DNA of 64,000 nucleotides from Camelus ferus (Eukaryota), in assembly GCF_009834535.1 (NCBI RefSeq), contig NC_045696.1:2978001-3042000 (forward strand). The letters are read 5' to 3'. Below are positions 1-13,515 of this stretch, in pieces. A program made the position numbers and the translations under genes. Numbering within the stretch: position 1 is the first letter of the stretch; every line of letters begins with the position of its first letter. The notes under the pieces are model-generated. The model ran no database searches. It was given only the letters and a program-made list of their open reading frames with translations, and was not told where the DNA came from.

Positions 1-473
1 CAAAATTGCCACATACTCCTATGAGTCCGACACATTACATACATTTGCTGAGAAAGAAAAAGAGCGTCTGTGTGATGGAGACACCGAAACACGGACAACA
101 GCACAGGCACAGCGTGACGGAGCCCCTCCCTCCCTCCCTCCCGGCTGTCAGCGCGAGACCCAGCCTGCTGTCTGTGCCCGACTCCTCCCTCCACTGGGGT
201 TATTTTAAAGTTCGTTCTAGACATCATCTTACTTCTTATGGTTTAAGACAGCCAGTGTGCCATTGTCACGCAGGAAGGAAACTGACAACAATCTCATTTC
301 TCAGACTCACATCTACCCTGAGGGCGTGTTCTGACGATCAGAAGTAATCTGTCTTCTTCGACAAATAAACTGGCAAGGAACGTAAAGGGGATGGACATAC
401 GGACAGAAAGAGACCGAGGGAGACGGCAGCGAACGCAACGTGTGGGTCTTGTTGGGATCCTGACTTGAAAACA

Positions 474-528
<55 letters not shown>

Positions 529-590
529 GGTGGTCCCCTTCTCTTTTCTTGCCATTATTTGTTGAAAAACACGTGATCTTTGGTGCTGAA
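1..590 (-). mobile_element. Old L1 (L1ME/L1MD-like) 3' fragment, interrupted by a microsatellite
   Basis: Minus strand reads TTTTCAACAAATAATGGCAAGAAAAG and GATGATGTCTAGAACGAACTTTAAAATAACCCCAG, resembling recalled L1ME-type 3' UTR motifs; heavily diverged. Confidence 0.45.
477..528. repeat. Compound (GT)n(GA)n microsatellite
   Basis: About 15 GT units followed directly by about 11 GA units. Confidence 0.97.
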
Positions 591-594
591 AGCA

Positions 595-690
595 AGCTCT
601 ACAGGTGGGGGTCATTAGTCCTATTTTGTGGATATTAAGGCTCAGAGGGTTGAGGAGTTCTTCCACGGTCACACAGCACCTGAGGGGAGT
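595..690 (-). mobile_element. MIR SINE fragment
   Basis: TAGTCCTATTTTGTGGATATTAAGGCTCAGAGGGTTGAGG...GGTCACACAGC resembles the antisense MIR core. Confidence 0.55.
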
Positions 691-1189
691 GAAAAGGGAA
701 GGTGGCTGTGAGCCCAGCGGAGGGTGACGGTCAGCATAAGGGACGGGGTAGTGGGGGGCTTGGCGGGCCAGGCTGTCGTGAGACGATGCGGGCAGGTGCG
801 GGGACCGCTGGCAATGACCGACACGGCCCAGGGCAGCGCACGCAGAGCCTCCTGGAACTGTGGGATGGTCAGTTTGGGGGAAATACCAAGAGAGGCCCCT
901 GAAGACCATTCTCCGACCCTGCAGAGCTTGGAAGGTCATGATGGACCGGCTGTGGAAAGGCTTCTGAGCGGGGGCTCCGGGACCTGGCTCTGCTCCTTCT
1001 CTAGGAACCGAGGGGCCCCAGGCGGGTCTCCTGGCCTCTCCAGGTCTCAGATGGCCCATCCTCAGAGTGTGGATGATGCCAGCTTCACCTGCTGCCAGGC
1101 GCCGTTTCCGCCCTGAGCCCCAGATGCTGGAATGACCACCTCAACCCTCGGCAAGGGGCACGTGCACATGGCGCCGGGGAGCCCGGGGC

Positions 1190-1340
1190 CTCCTGGTTCA
1201 ACGCCCGGCTCTGCCTCTCACGGACTCTGGGACTGTGGGCAAACCCTTCCCCTCTTCACTGCATACTGTCCTCATCTGCAGCACAGGGAAGAGACTGGCA
1301 GCCTCCATAAAATACTGACAAAGGTGTCTGGTATCTGGTA
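1190..1340 (+). mobile_element. MIR SINE fragment
   Basis: CTGGTTCAACGCCCGGCTCTGCC...TGGGCAAAC...TCCTCATCTGCA resembles the MIR core. Confidence 0.55.
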
Positions 1341-2009
1341 TCCGAACATCCGCCAGCAGGTACCATCCCATCTGCAGGTGAGGAAACAGGCCCGCGATCA
1401 CACAGCCAGCATACACGGCCCTGCTGGGCGCAAACCCCAGAATGCTGGCTCCAGGGCCGCTGGATAAGCAACCGAGGGGCTAGGGGGGCAGGGGCGGTGG
1501 GATGACCTGAAGCCCACCAGGGCCCCCGAGATTCACCTCTCTCCATTACGCACTTTCTCTTGGGTCCAGCGCACAGGGCGCCCTCCAGGAACGTCTGTCA
1601 GGTGAAAGGGGCTGAGAGGCACGTTTGCCAAACGGGGCCTGGGTTAATTCAACCAAAATGCACAGCAAGCTCTGGCCAGGGAGTCGAGGGGTACCTAAGG
1701 GCCCCCGACCCCATGATGTGTAGCGGGCGGCCGAGGAGCTGGCGATGTCCACAGCACACGGGAGAACAAAGGCAGACGGGGCACCTCTGTGAAAGAGTGC
1801 TGCCCTGGAGGGGTGGGGGGCCGCGGGAGCAGGGGCCTCGGGCCGAAGGTGAAGGGAAGGGCGAGCCCCTCACTCTGTCCCACCCGCGCTCCAGACCCAC
1901 TGTCCTGCTGGGTTTAGGGCACAGCGACCACGTGAGAGCAGCCTGTGCAGCTGAGGGAACGTGGCGCAAGCTGCGGCCAGAGCACGTTTACAACCAAGTG
2001 GCTACAGCC

Positions 2010-3135
2010 CCATGGTCCCTGAATAGTGCCCCATCTCTCGCTAATCCCCTCACCCTAACCCGGGCGCTTGGGAGCACGGCCTCCTCAGGGGGCAACGTCT
2101 CTGCAGGTGTGATTACATTAAGGCTCCTGACCCAGAAGTCCCACCCCTGGGCACACATCCAGAGGAAACTCTAATCCAAAGAGACACCTGCACCCCAATG
2201 TTCACAGCAGCGCTATTTATGACAGCCAAGACATGGAAGCAGCCTAAATGTCCAACACCAGATGACTGGATAAAGAAACTGTGGTATATTTATACAATGG
2301 AATACTACTCAGCCATAAAAAAGAATGAAATAATGCCATTTGCAGCAACATGGATGGACCTAGAGATTGTCATTCTAAGAGAAGTAAGTCAGACAGAGAA
2401 AGACAAATATCACATGATATCACTTATACATGGAATCTAAAAATAGTAACACAAATGAAGTCATTTATAAAACAGAAACAGACTCACGGACATAGAAAAT
2501 AAACTTACAGTTACTGGGGGAAAGGAGGAGGGTGCAGGGATAAATTGGGAGTTTTGGATTTTCAGCTACTAACTTCCATATATAAAATAAACAACAAAGA
2601 ATTACTGTACAGCACAGGGAACTATATTGAAGAGCTTGTGATAGCTTATAATGACAAAAAATATGAAAAAGAATATATATATATATAACTGAATCACTAT
2701 GCTGCACACCAGAAATTAACACAACATAGTAAACCGACTATACTTCAATTAGAATCTTGAGATCACCCCGGATTACCCAGGTGGGCCCTAAATGAAGTCA
2801 CAGGATCACAAGGGAGGCAGAGGGAGAGCTGACGAGACATGGAGGAAGGAGTGATGTGAAGACAAGGCAGAGTGAGACTGGAAGGTGCCGGCCTTAAAGG
2901 CTGGAGGGATGCAGCCACAAGCCCAGGCCTGCTGGTGCCCCAGAGCTGGAAGGAGCAGGAACGGATCCTCCCCTAGACACTCTAGAGGAAGGGAGCCTCT
3001 GCCGGCACCTTGGCTCTGACCCCAGGGAGATGGATGTGGGACTTCTGGTTTTCAGAGCTGCGACAGAATACATTTCTGTTGTTTGAGGTCATGCTGTTTG
3101 TCGCGATTTGTCACAGCAGCCCCGGCCGCTAACAG
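2010..3135 (+). mobile_element. MLT1 (ERVL-MaLR) solo LTR, split by an L1 insertion
   Basis: 5' part TGCAGGTGTGATTACATTAAGG. 3' part ATCTTGAGAT...GGTGGGCCCTAAAT...GGATCCTCCCCTAGA...AATACATTTCTGTTGTTTGAG...TTTGTCACAGCAGC. Both match the MLT1C/D-type consensus as recalled. Confidence 0.8.
2128..2750 (+). mobile_element. 5'-truncated L1 (ORF2 C-terminus plus cetartiodactyl-type 3' UTR)
   Basis: ORF 2198-2440 [58 protein letters not shown] is the L1 ORF2 tail. The 3' UTR carries ACAGCACAGGGAACTATATT and ATAACTGAATCACTATGCTG. Confidence 0.95.
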
Positions 3136-4363
3136 ACCCTTGACCTCCATGCTGAGAAGGCTGGATCTGTTTTGCAGGGAACAGAAGTCCTTGATGCCGT
3201 GAGAAGGGAGTGTATACGTGACTGGGACCAAACTGTGCAGCGGGGCTGAGGAGGATGAGGCCAGGGAGGGACGGGGCCTGGGAGGGATGGGTTAAAGAGA
3301 GGAGACACTGAGGCCTCAGGAGCGGGGAAAGGCTGCCTGCTCACCCAGCCTCCCCTACGAGCTGCTGTGGGCCTGGGGTCCTGGGAGGAGGGAGGCTGGA
3401 GGGGAGTGGGCTCTGGCAGCCGTGGGGACTCCTGCCCCAGGTGGGATGTTCGGTGGGCAGGAGGCAGCACCCCTAGACTGTGCAAATGCCCGCCCAGCTC
3501 AGGCTCCGGGCTGCCTCAAGGCTCCGCGGGATCTCGGGGCCCACCTCCCGCCGGCATCTGTGGCGGCCTCCTCATTCGTCGTGGCTGACCCCCTCACCGC
3601 TCCTGTCATCTTTCTGGGTCACTTGGTTTTTTTTTTTTTTCCACTTCTGGTGTCTGAGGCCCAGCTCCACTGCTATAAATAGTGGATCACAGGGGACTGG
3701 AGATGCAAAAAACCAGGAGCCGGGAGAATCGAAGATGGAGATCGACTCGGCGGACTGCTTCACGCGAGGACATTTCCGAAGGTGTCTCTCGGATTCCAAT
3801 CTGCTTTACTTCTTGAGATGGAATCCCAGGAAGAGGCAGCTCTTGATCCGCGACCCTCGCCTCTCCCCTCGCAGGGTCCTTGCCCCGCTCTTCTGCTGAA
3901 CCCCCGCCCCCTTCTCCCGATCTGCCTTGGCTCTGCTGCATCAGGACTCCAAGCGTGGCCCCGCGCCACCCACCCTGGGGTCAGGGCTCCTGGGCGCCCG
4001 CAGAGGGAGGGAGGTGCGGGGAGGACCCGGGGCCACAGCCGCTCGGGGAGCATCCTGGGAACCTCCTCCCGACACGCGTCCCGCCGCCCCGTTCCAGGTG
4101 GGAGGGGAGGTGGTGGCAGTCGGGCGGGCACGGGGACCAGACGGAGAAGAAACCACGTGAGAGGAGGCGTGGCCCGGGAGGCGGGAAGGGTCCGCTCCGG
4201 CTCAGGCCAGAGAGCTCCGCCGTCCTGGTGAGCAAGCGTCCGAAAAGGAAGTCTGAGGGCTCCAGGCAGGCTCAGCCCTTTTCAGAGACAAGTCAAGGCC
4301 TCTGGGGGGGCGGTATTTGGAGACAGACTCTTTAAGGAGGTAACTAAGTCAACACGAGGCCAC

Positions 4364-4804
4364 TGTCTGAGTGCCCTGAGGTGGCCGTAACAAAGTACCA
4401 CAAACTGGGCGCTGGAAACAGCAGACCTTTACCCCCTAACAGTTCCGGAGGCTGGAAGCCTGAACTCCCGGGGTGGCAGGTGTGGGTCTTCCCTGCGTCT
4501 CTCCAGCTTCTGGTGGTTGCCAGCGGCCCCTGTGTTCCCGGGCTGTGGCTGCATCAGCCCAGGCCCTGCCTCTGCCTTGGTGGCCTCCTCTGTCTCCACG
4601 GCTTCTGCTCTCTGCTGGCGCCAATGTCCCTCTTCTTACAGGACACAGTCACGTGGGATAACGGCCCATCCTCTAGCAGCACGACCGCCTCTCACCTTGA
4701 TCACAGCTACGAAGACCGTATTTCCAAACCCGGTCCCGCTCACAGGTACCGAGTGTTGGGACGTGGACATGCCTTTGGGGGTGGACACAATTCAACCCCA
4801 GACA
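4364..4804 (-). mobile_element. MLT1 (MaLR) LTR
   Basis: GCCGTAACAAAGTACCACAAACTGGG...CAGTTCCGGAGGCTGGAAG...AAGACCGTATTTCCAAA...GGACACAATTCAACCC is the antisense MLT1 signature. Confidence 0.85.
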
Positions 4805-5120
4805 GTGATGAGCTGGGGCAGGACAAGGTGCCATGAGGGACTCAGAGGAACCCAGGCCCTCACACAGGCGCCCTGGTGAACAGTGGCCCAGAGTGTGTAA
4901 GTCAGGACGTGGGAGAAAGGCTGCTGGGCAGAGCTGGCTGTGAGGACCGGGGAGCCGAGAAGCTTCCATCTGAAAGGGGAGGAGGCCTGCCTTCCTCCCC
5001 ACTGCCTCCTGTTTTTCCTTTCCTTTTTATTGCTTGAAATTTCATTAGCAAAACTGAGCAGTTTTCCTGCCAGAAAAGAAATGTCTCCGACTGTGGGCGA
5101 CGGGGCCTGGAGTGGGTCCA

Positions 5121-5153
5121 CGCCTGCCGCCCGCCTGCCGCCCGCCTGCCGCC
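5121..5153. repeat. 11-bp GC-rich tandem repeat (CGCCTGCCGCC)x3
   Basis: Directly visible. Confidence 0.85.
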
Positions 5154-7044
5154 CCGTCCGCCATCCCTCCCCTTACCCACACCGAGGCCGGCGTCCACCG
5201 CCAGGATAAAGCCCCTCGGCCTCGTCTGCGGCTGCTACAAGTCCCCCAAAGATCGGTATGACCGCTCAATGCCCTTGGAGCCCCGAGGTGTAACAGCAGC
5301 CAGGCGCAGTGTCTCCAGGTCCGCGCTGAGCCCAGCACTGTCCCGTGTCACCCAGCATGCGGGGCAGCGTTGCCCGCGCAGCCTCTGCGCCGAGCCAAAC
5401 AATCCCTCCCGGGTGCACCACTTTTAGTTTGCTGCCTGAGGCTCAAAGCCGTTGGCTGAAAGCTGCGAAACCCAGTGGTTCCTTCTTCCAGAAGCCAAGC
5501 CTAGCTCTTCAGAGGGACCTGGAAGCTTCGAGGGGCCAAGGGCATCCTCTCGGGGCTGCCTGACTAGTCCCTCTGAAGCACATGCGGAAGGTTCACAGGG
5601 GGAAGGAGACCAAATCAGAAACCCCAGACCCAGAGGGTGCCCGGCACCCAGGCAGCAGCCTCACTGCTCCAGCACCGCACCCGAGAGACCCAGGCCCCAT
5701 TCCTAGAGAGGCCCTGGGCTTTGGGGAAAGGCCTGGGAGGGGAGAGGCTGCGCACAGACTAGGTGGAAAAAGTAAGGTGTGAGGCTGGGCACCTGGCTGC
5801 ATTCTGAGTGAAATGTGGGGGTGCAGGGAGTTGGGGGGCAGCAGGTGCAGGGGGATCAACGTTTCCGCAGATCAGAACATCAGCTGTGTCCACCGGTGCA
5901 CGCAGCCCCACCCGCCACGTGCGCTCACGGGAGTCCTTGGCATCGCGCCACGATGATCAGGGCTTAATCCCTCAGGCGCCTGGTTCTGACTCTGAGAAGG
6001 GCTGCCTTTGCCCTCTGCCCACCTGGTCACCACGGGCTCTGCTCCACCATCACCCACGTGTCACCTGCACATGTGTGTCCTCTCAGCTCCCGAGGCTGTG
6101 ACCCACCTCATCCACCTTTTCAGCGCCACCCAGCATGATCGGAGGAAACCCACCACTCCCCTCTTCACAGCCTCCGGCAGTACCTGTCCCGACCCTCACC
6201 CCCTGGAACATCCCGGGCCTGCTCTGCCAGGAGGACACAGATGCCGTCTCCCATCTCTGCTCTTTGGAGCTCAGCCTTCAAAGCACCACAAGCAAAACGG
6301 GTCTCAGATACAGGCTGGACCACAGCTGCGCGCCCTGAGAGCCCCGGGGGGCGTCTGAAGCCAGGCGGTCACTGGCCATCTCTGCACTCACGTTCCAGTG
6401 CTTCTTGTGTTTGTTCTAAGCTCTGGGGTTTCTGTTATTAATAGTGACAGCTGAGGCTTACATAAGAAGCTTCATTGAGAGATTTCAGAGTATGTATAGC
6501 CATTAATTTCGAACCTTTAAGCACCGCCCACATCAAGGTTTCCCCACCTTATATAATACAACTGGGCAAAAACATTTTGGGGGCTGCTCCTCAAAGCACT
6601 TCGGTAATGACTTGAGCAGCAGACGGGCTCCAGAAGAGCCACCAGCCACACCCGCCTGCTTCTGGCGACAGCCAGCCTTTACATAACAAGTAAGGATGCT
6701 CCGGGTTAGCTGTTCTTGCAAATGTCAACTGCAGGTGGGGAGACGATGGAGGATCTCTAGATGATCACATCAAATACACTGCCTCTTTTTTCCTGTTATT
6801 TGTAAGGCTGTAAAAGCAAAACAAAAAAAATCCCCCAGGCAGAAGCCGTGAGGGTAAAGGCGGCCTGAATCACTAGGCTCTGCTAACCGTCCTGCTTACA
6901 GAAGGAATCAACTGGCCCCGGGGATGCCCGGCCCCACCTGGACACTGCCTGCTCACCCGGAGCCTGCAGCTTGGCGGTGATCAGAGGGCTGGTGGCCACT
7001 TTCCTTCATGGCGGCCCTGAGTCCATGACATGGATACATAACAA

Positions 7045-7200
7045 ACAAAAATAACACAACCTTACGGAATGCTCACCATGTGTCAGCCCGTTTAAGCATG
7101 GGACACACATTCTGGAATTTAATCACAGCCACGCTCACTTCCCCTCACTTCACAGACGGAGACACCGAGGCACGGCGCTCTCCACCATGACTCTGTGCTG
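7045..7200 (-). mobile_element. MIR fragment
   Basis: AATGCTCACCATGTGTCAG...CACTTCACAGACGGAGACACCGAGGCAC resembles antisense MIR. Confidence 0.5.
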
Positions 7201-7489
7201 ACGGTAAACAGACTGTGCGAGTGACTCTGAAAAGCATCTGTCTTCCCTGAACAGGTTACTCCTCTCCCCACCCGTGGTACGTCACCCTTCAGCGACCACA
7301 CCACACACAGCTGCCCTCGATGAACACAACCAGGCCCGGGAAACTGGGGGAGAGTTCCATGGAGCACAGTTTTTCAGAAGACACAATAATCCACCATTGC
7401 ATCAGAACTACGCACGCTTTGCAAACCGAGATAAGAGTGGATACGATTGAGCTTTAAAGACAGCGGGCAGATTCACTGATAAATGAACA

Positions 7490-7927
7490 CCAATGACTGG
7501 TAAATGCAACAGCAGATTGTGGTCTATGCACACAATGCAATATTATCCGGCCTTGAAAAGGAAGGACGTTCTGACGCATTCACAACAGGGACAAACCTAG
7601 AGGACATCATGCTCCGTGGAATAAGCCAGTCGCAAAATACAAACACTGTGTAAGTCCACCTACAGGAGGTGCCTAGAGCAGGCAAATTCAGAGAGGCAGG
7701 AAGGACACGGTGGGTGGGGGCAGGGCAGCGAGGGCAAGGGGACTGGATGTTTGAGGGGACAGTTTCAGCTGGGACCATGAGAAAGCTTTGGAGACGGACG
7801 GTGGTGATGGCCACACAACAATGCGAATGTGTTAATCCTGCTGAGCTGGGCACTCAGAAATGGTTAAGATGGTAAAATGTTATCTTCCGTGTATTTTACT
7901 ACAATTTTTAAAAATTAAAAAAAAAAA
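7490..7927 (+). mobile_element. L1MB-like 3' end with A tail
   Basis: GAGGACATCATGCT..GAATAAGCCAGTCGCAAAA...GGCAAATTCAGAGA...GGTGGTGATGGCCACACAACAATG...AAATGGTTAAGATGGTAAA, followed by an A-rich tail. Confidence 0.85.
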
Positions 7928-9219
7928 TGTGAGGCAGGGAATCTAACGCCAACTGAACAAGACACCTTGGCTCTTCTTAACTGTGTTCAGACCCAGTTTT
8001 CAGGCGGCTGTGCATTTCTGTGCAGGCAAACGCTCCCACTGGGCGATGAGTTTGGGAACAGAGGAGATGTGGTCCCTGGTGGGGGTAACAGGGGTGACAG
8101 GCGGGCGGGGGGGGCCAAGGTGAATTACCACATCGTCAATTGCAAAGATTTGTGTTTTTGAGGTTGAAAACATTTGGAGCCACCCCCAAGGCAGCGAAGG
8201 CATTGGCACAGGGACCCCCAGCACGACTGTGACCCTAGGCGGCAGGGAGAGACGCAGGCCCTTTTCATGCTGGCGCAGCGGGGCCTCTAAGCATGCGTCA
8301 TCGCAGAGCCTTTCTTCTCACAAAGATTCATAACCCTGGAAACGCAAACACTTAACCACAAAAGTAGAAAGAAATGGCCTGCTGAGCTAAGATGCTGCAG
8401 GTCCACCTCAGCCCCTCGCGCCCTGGGCCGCCCCGGGAACCCGCACTGGCTGCAAGCGGCCCCCAGGCTGCAGCCCGAGGCTCTGCCTGGCCGAGGGGGG
8501 AGGGGGAGCAGGGGGACATCCTTCCCTGGGCCAGGGCTGGGCTGCTGCTGTCTTGTTGATGTGGACACCCGAGGGGACCCTCTTAGCCCTTCTTGCCAAA
8601 GACTTTTGTCACCCCAGGAAAGCGACCTGCTGGGTCCCCACGGGGGGTGGGGCCAGTGACAGGATGAAGATGGTTCAGCTTGTGCCGCTTGTGATGGGAG
8701 AGGCCAGGGCGGGGAACGTGCCTCCCACCCCAGATGGCAAACCCAGGAGCCGGCCGGCGGTGACCCAGGGCTTCCGGCCCCCCAGCCCTGGCCGCCCACT
8801 GCCCGGCCCTGCCCGGCCCGTCACCGGCACTGGCGTCCCTTTCATCTTTGAGCAGCATGTCGGTTCCCAGGACCCTTTGCTTTCCATCCCTGGCGACCAG
8901 AGCTGTATTCTGCACGGTCCTGAGGCCAGGCGTCCTCTCGGCCCACAGGGCTCTGGTGAGGACATGGGGCCCTCGCTCAGGGTATGAAGTGACTCTGCTG
9001 CCGAAAGGTGTCACCTCGGCTGGGCTGGAGAAAGAGGTGCCTCGGGCAGTGGGCCTTGGGGCCTCGGGGCCCTGGTGTCGCCCCCTCTTTGTGGTTGCTT
9101 GTTCAGAGTCACACTGGGCGCAGTGAGATGTGAAACCAAGGACCCTAAGGCACTGCCATGGTTTCTTCCAGAGCCTCCGAGTGGACAGGTCCAGGGTGAG
9201 GGGAGGCAGGGGGACAGGA

Positions 9220-9410
9220 CACGCTTACTGAGCCTCCCCAGCGGCCAGCTCTGCCCAGGGGCCTTTCTGCATGTTACTCAGAGCCGTCTGCCTCACCCCA
9301 TGGGGGGCACCACCACTGCACCCACTTCACGAGGAGAAGGTGACACCCCTCGGGTGTCTCAGCTGCCAAGTGGCAGAGCAGGGCACCGTGAGGCTGTCTG
9401 TCCCAGCACC
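9220..9410 (-). mobile_element. MIR fragment (diverged)
   Basis: CGCTTACTGAGC...CCCACTTCACGAGGAG...AAGTGGCAGAGCAGG pattern. Confidence 0.4.
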
Positions 9411-12400
9411 GCAGCCCCCAGCCCTCCACGTGCCCGCCGCGAGCAGCCCCAGCCCCTCCTGCACTTCATCTGCAAGGCCTCCCTGTCGGTATCCGTCAAC
9501 CCTGACAACGTGAGCAGGGTTCAGGCCTCCAGCCCTCCCCCTCCTGGGGCCTCCAGATGTCAGAAAGTGTCCGCTTGGACAGGCCTTCAGACCACAGCAA
9601 GCGGGAAGGAGGAGGGAGGCCAGCAGCCTCCTGCCTTCCCAGTGGCCTCAGGCTGGGCCTGGGAGAGGCCACGCTTCCCAGAGCTCAGGCAGCCGGGCTG
9701 GTGTGCTCCAGTGGCCGGCACGCTTGTTGGAAAAGACTGAAAACTCAGACATTCATTCATTTTCAGAGCCCAGTGCTGACCCAGCTGGAGCCGGACGGTC
9801 ATCGCAAGTGGGGGGTCGGGCCCCCTCCCCGTCACTCCCTGCTCACCTCCACTTACGCTGGAGACCCCCACAGGGTGTGGGATGACCCCTTTTCCATCTT
9901 CCCTTGGTTGCAATTAGCTTATGTTACCAGTTCAGTCTCTGCTGAAAGATCTAATGTTGCAAACATTAAAGGAAGAGAAACAACTTTGCTGGGACCCCGG
10001 AGGGCACATGAGGGCCCTCTGTCCTCCTGGCAGTGACAAAAGGAGCGGAGAGCAGCCCAGAAAACTCAGAGGGTCTGCCTGGCCAGGGAGGGTGCCCCTG
10101 TATTAATGAGCAAAGGCCCTTCCAGTTGGCAGGAGAAGATGCTCCAAGTTGGGGGTAAAGCAGGGCCCCACACCGGGGTGGAGGGGAAGGGAACCTCTAC
10201 TGGGCTTTGCCAGGCGGCCAGACAGACATATCCCAGGAGGGGGAAAGCATTCCAGGAGCCGGGGTGGGGACTCGAGGTCCCACATTGACCGCACTGGACA
10301 AAACCGGGGCAGCTGTACCCTTAGGCAAACAGAATACAGGACTGCGCTGGAGAAGAGCAGGCAGCTGGAAAAGCCAGCTTGTGTCTGCGCCAAAGGCAGG
10401 CGCGCCGGCAGAGGGGCCCGGCAGCCCTCAGAGGGCGCAGGGCGGGGCACAGGGTGAGCGGCGCAGGGAGGAGGTCCTAAGCCGCCGGGGGTGTCCCAGG
10501 GGGTGGGCATGGAGGGCCTGGGCCCCACAGGCCCACAGGGGCTGCATGCTGGCCTCCGAGGAGTCTCTGCACGACCCGGGGTCCCAGGTGGCAACAGGGC
10601 CAGGCTGAGCGCCCGGCACACGGGGCTGAGCCCCAGGGGCGAGGGGGAGCAGTCACAGGTGGGGGGGCCACGAGGAGCCACTGGGGACGGTCAGAACAGC
10701 AGAAGTGTCCTCTGATGGTGGCATAACAACTGTCCGGCACGCTTCCTGCTCCTCCTTTACAGGTTTTTCTCATTGGCTTCATTGTTTTGGAGCAGAAACA
10801 ACTTAGCAGAACTTCAGTGGCTGTTCACCTATCAAAGTCTGGGCTCCAGCTGCAGAGCGAAGCCGGGACAAAGACGCGGCCGATCGGAGTGGCCGAGGGG
10901 GTCCCAGCAGGGTGACATGATGAGGGGCCATCCCGCAGGGAGCTGCTGGGCCCGGGAACTACACCAGCAGAGCTGGTCCCTTTCAAAGGGACTTACAAAT
11001 TCCAGGATGGTCATTCCTGCCCAGATGAGGCTTCTCACCAAACCCAAGCCCGAGGCCAGGCCAGGGATCCCACAAAGGCCTCACTCAGCCTTGTGTGGAT
11101 GGTGAGCAAACCCACGCCCGGATGTGCGGCCAGGCAGGGGCCCCTCAAGCTTCCCTGATGCCAAACGCGTCGTCCAGGCACACCCCAGGCAGCCCAGCTG
11201 AGCCCAGGCTTTCTCTGCACATGGGTGGGAGAAAGGAGAAGGTTCCGAGGTCAGGGGACCTGAGGAAAGAAACAGCAAACCCCCGGGGTAAGGAAAAGAT
11301 GCAGGAGCTTCCAGATCAGGGTTCTCGGGGCAGGCTTCCCCGCCCCCACTCCCTCCTCCTTCGCCTGGTGCCAGGAGGTGCCAGGTCCCACATGGCGATG
11401 GGGGAACAGGTGATGGGGACAGGCGTGTGGAGGTGCTGTGGGCTGCATGGGGCCGCGTGCCTGGCCGTCCCCAGTCTGGGTCACCCCAGTCTGTGCAAAG
11501 GGCTCCTTCCCCGCAAAACCGGTCTTCCCTGAGGGGGCAAACCTATTCACCAGGCCCTGCGTGGCCGGCACCACAGCCCTTCCCACCAGCCGGCTCCTGT
11601 CCGTCCCCGGGCACCCTGCAATAGTAAACAGCGGCGGTTTAGTCTCTGGCCTTCCTGGGGCCCAGGCCCAGTGCCTGGCTCAGGCCAGAGGGGCCACCGC
11701 TCAGCGGGCCTCCCTCAGCATCAAGAATGTCACATCCACGCTGGACCCCAGCTCCCAGCGCACAGCAGAGGCTCAGCACACTTGTTTGGACAACTGACTA
11801 AGCGATGCGCCTCATCCGGTTTGCTTCTTACAAGCAGCGCGGCTTTACCCCCGCGAGACAGTGGAGAAATCGTGGCACAGAGGTTCGGTAGCTACCCCAA
11901 GGCCCTGCAGGTGGAAGTGGGGGCCTGAGGACAGACCGCTGTCTGGATCCAGGCACGACCTCTCAGCCACCCCGGATCCTGCTCGTGTGTAGACCCAGGA
12001 AGGGCCCAGACTTGGGAAGATAAGCCACATCGGTCCTCCGGGCCTCCTCTGCACGGCCTCTGACGGGAAACCCCATGCACAGAACACGGATCCTTCAAGG
12101 GGACCCCAGGACCCCGGATCCTCGTGGCTGCCTCGCACTGGACGCCCTGGGCAGGTGATGTGACCGTGTGTGCTAGAGGGTCCTTCACACCAAGAAAGCC
12201 GTGAGCCAGCCGCCCAGCAGCCGCTGCAGTTTCTTTAAGCATGTGAGATGCCTACGGTATTAGCACTACAGGTCCTTCCTCAGACAGGGGACACGTGCCA
12301 TCCGTCCCTTCTGACGGCTTTGCCGGGGCAGACACCACCTGCAGAAGCCACTGCGCAGCATGTTATCTTCTTTTTCGCTGTTTGGGCCATCTCCAGGGGG

Positions 12401-13515
12401 GAGTGCGGAAGGACCAGGAGCCGGGAAGTGGAGGGACAGAGCAGACACCACACAGGAGCCGCAAGACTACGGAGTCAGGCAGAACGACCGACACCTGCCT
12501 TGCCTCCTGCCTCCAGCCCCCGCCCACCCGCAGCAGCTCTCCCCTCGTGAGCATCGCGGGCTATGTGCCCATGACCTTTCCCAGGGAGGAGCTGGGATGG
12601 CTAACAGGGAGACAGAGCCCGACTGTGTGTGGGGACCTTTGAGAATTCCTCCAGCTCCTGGAACTTTAAGAACAGAAACCGCAGCCACTGGAAGTGTTGC
12701 TGCGGGCGCTGTCGGCCAAGGATTTAAAGTCCCGACGCGGCTGCTGGGTGCCGAGGGCGAGGTGGGAGAGGGTATGACTTTCCAGCCCATGCTCAGAACC
12801 CCAAACCACGCGGCTCTCCCCCAGGGCTAAAGGTCCAGCCAAGAGTCTCCAAGGGTGTCGGCAGGAAAGGCAGAGGGCGCAGAGCGAGGTCAGGAAGCAG
12901 GATGGGACGGCACAGAGATGACAGAGGTCTGAGGACCAAGGCCTGCCTCCTCCCGTTTGCATCAGTTAAAGGACGTGGACCGAACAGAGAAAAGGCATCA
13001 CACCCACCGTTTTCCAGAGTGTTCCGGGCACTCTGTCCACATGGCCTCTCACAGTGCACGAGTCTATAAAGCAGAAGCTATTGCCCACTGCACCGACCAG
13101 GAGGCCAGTTCAGGGGGGCCATGGATTAGGTGGGCAGGGTCACAGAAAGGGGCGGAGCCAGCGCTCAGCCTCAGATCCAGCCCCTCCCAAGGCCAAGGCC
13201 TCCCTCCCAGCGCAGGTGCCCATGGTCTCCCAGGGCCGCCTGTAGGGCTGCTTTCCTGAGGGCCACCCAGTCCTCAAGCTTCCCACGAAACCCCTCAGCC
13301 CACAATGACAGCCGGGCCCGCACCTCAGCGCTCGCCTCCACCCTCCAGAACCTCTCCTCCACTTTTCACTCACTTGGCACTGAGCTTCTCGGGAGACCTT
13401 CGGGAAGTTCTGGGGAAGGAACTGTCCCTTCTGATGGTGACAGCCATCACATCCCACCTCTTTCAAAGGGTCAAAAAGGCCAATCTTTGGCAATTCTCTG
13501 TCGGGGTAGAAAAAG

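Noticed and set aside
2198..2440. 80-aa ORF as a host gene
   Set aside because: It is the C-terminus of L1 ORF2 in a 5'-truncated copy.
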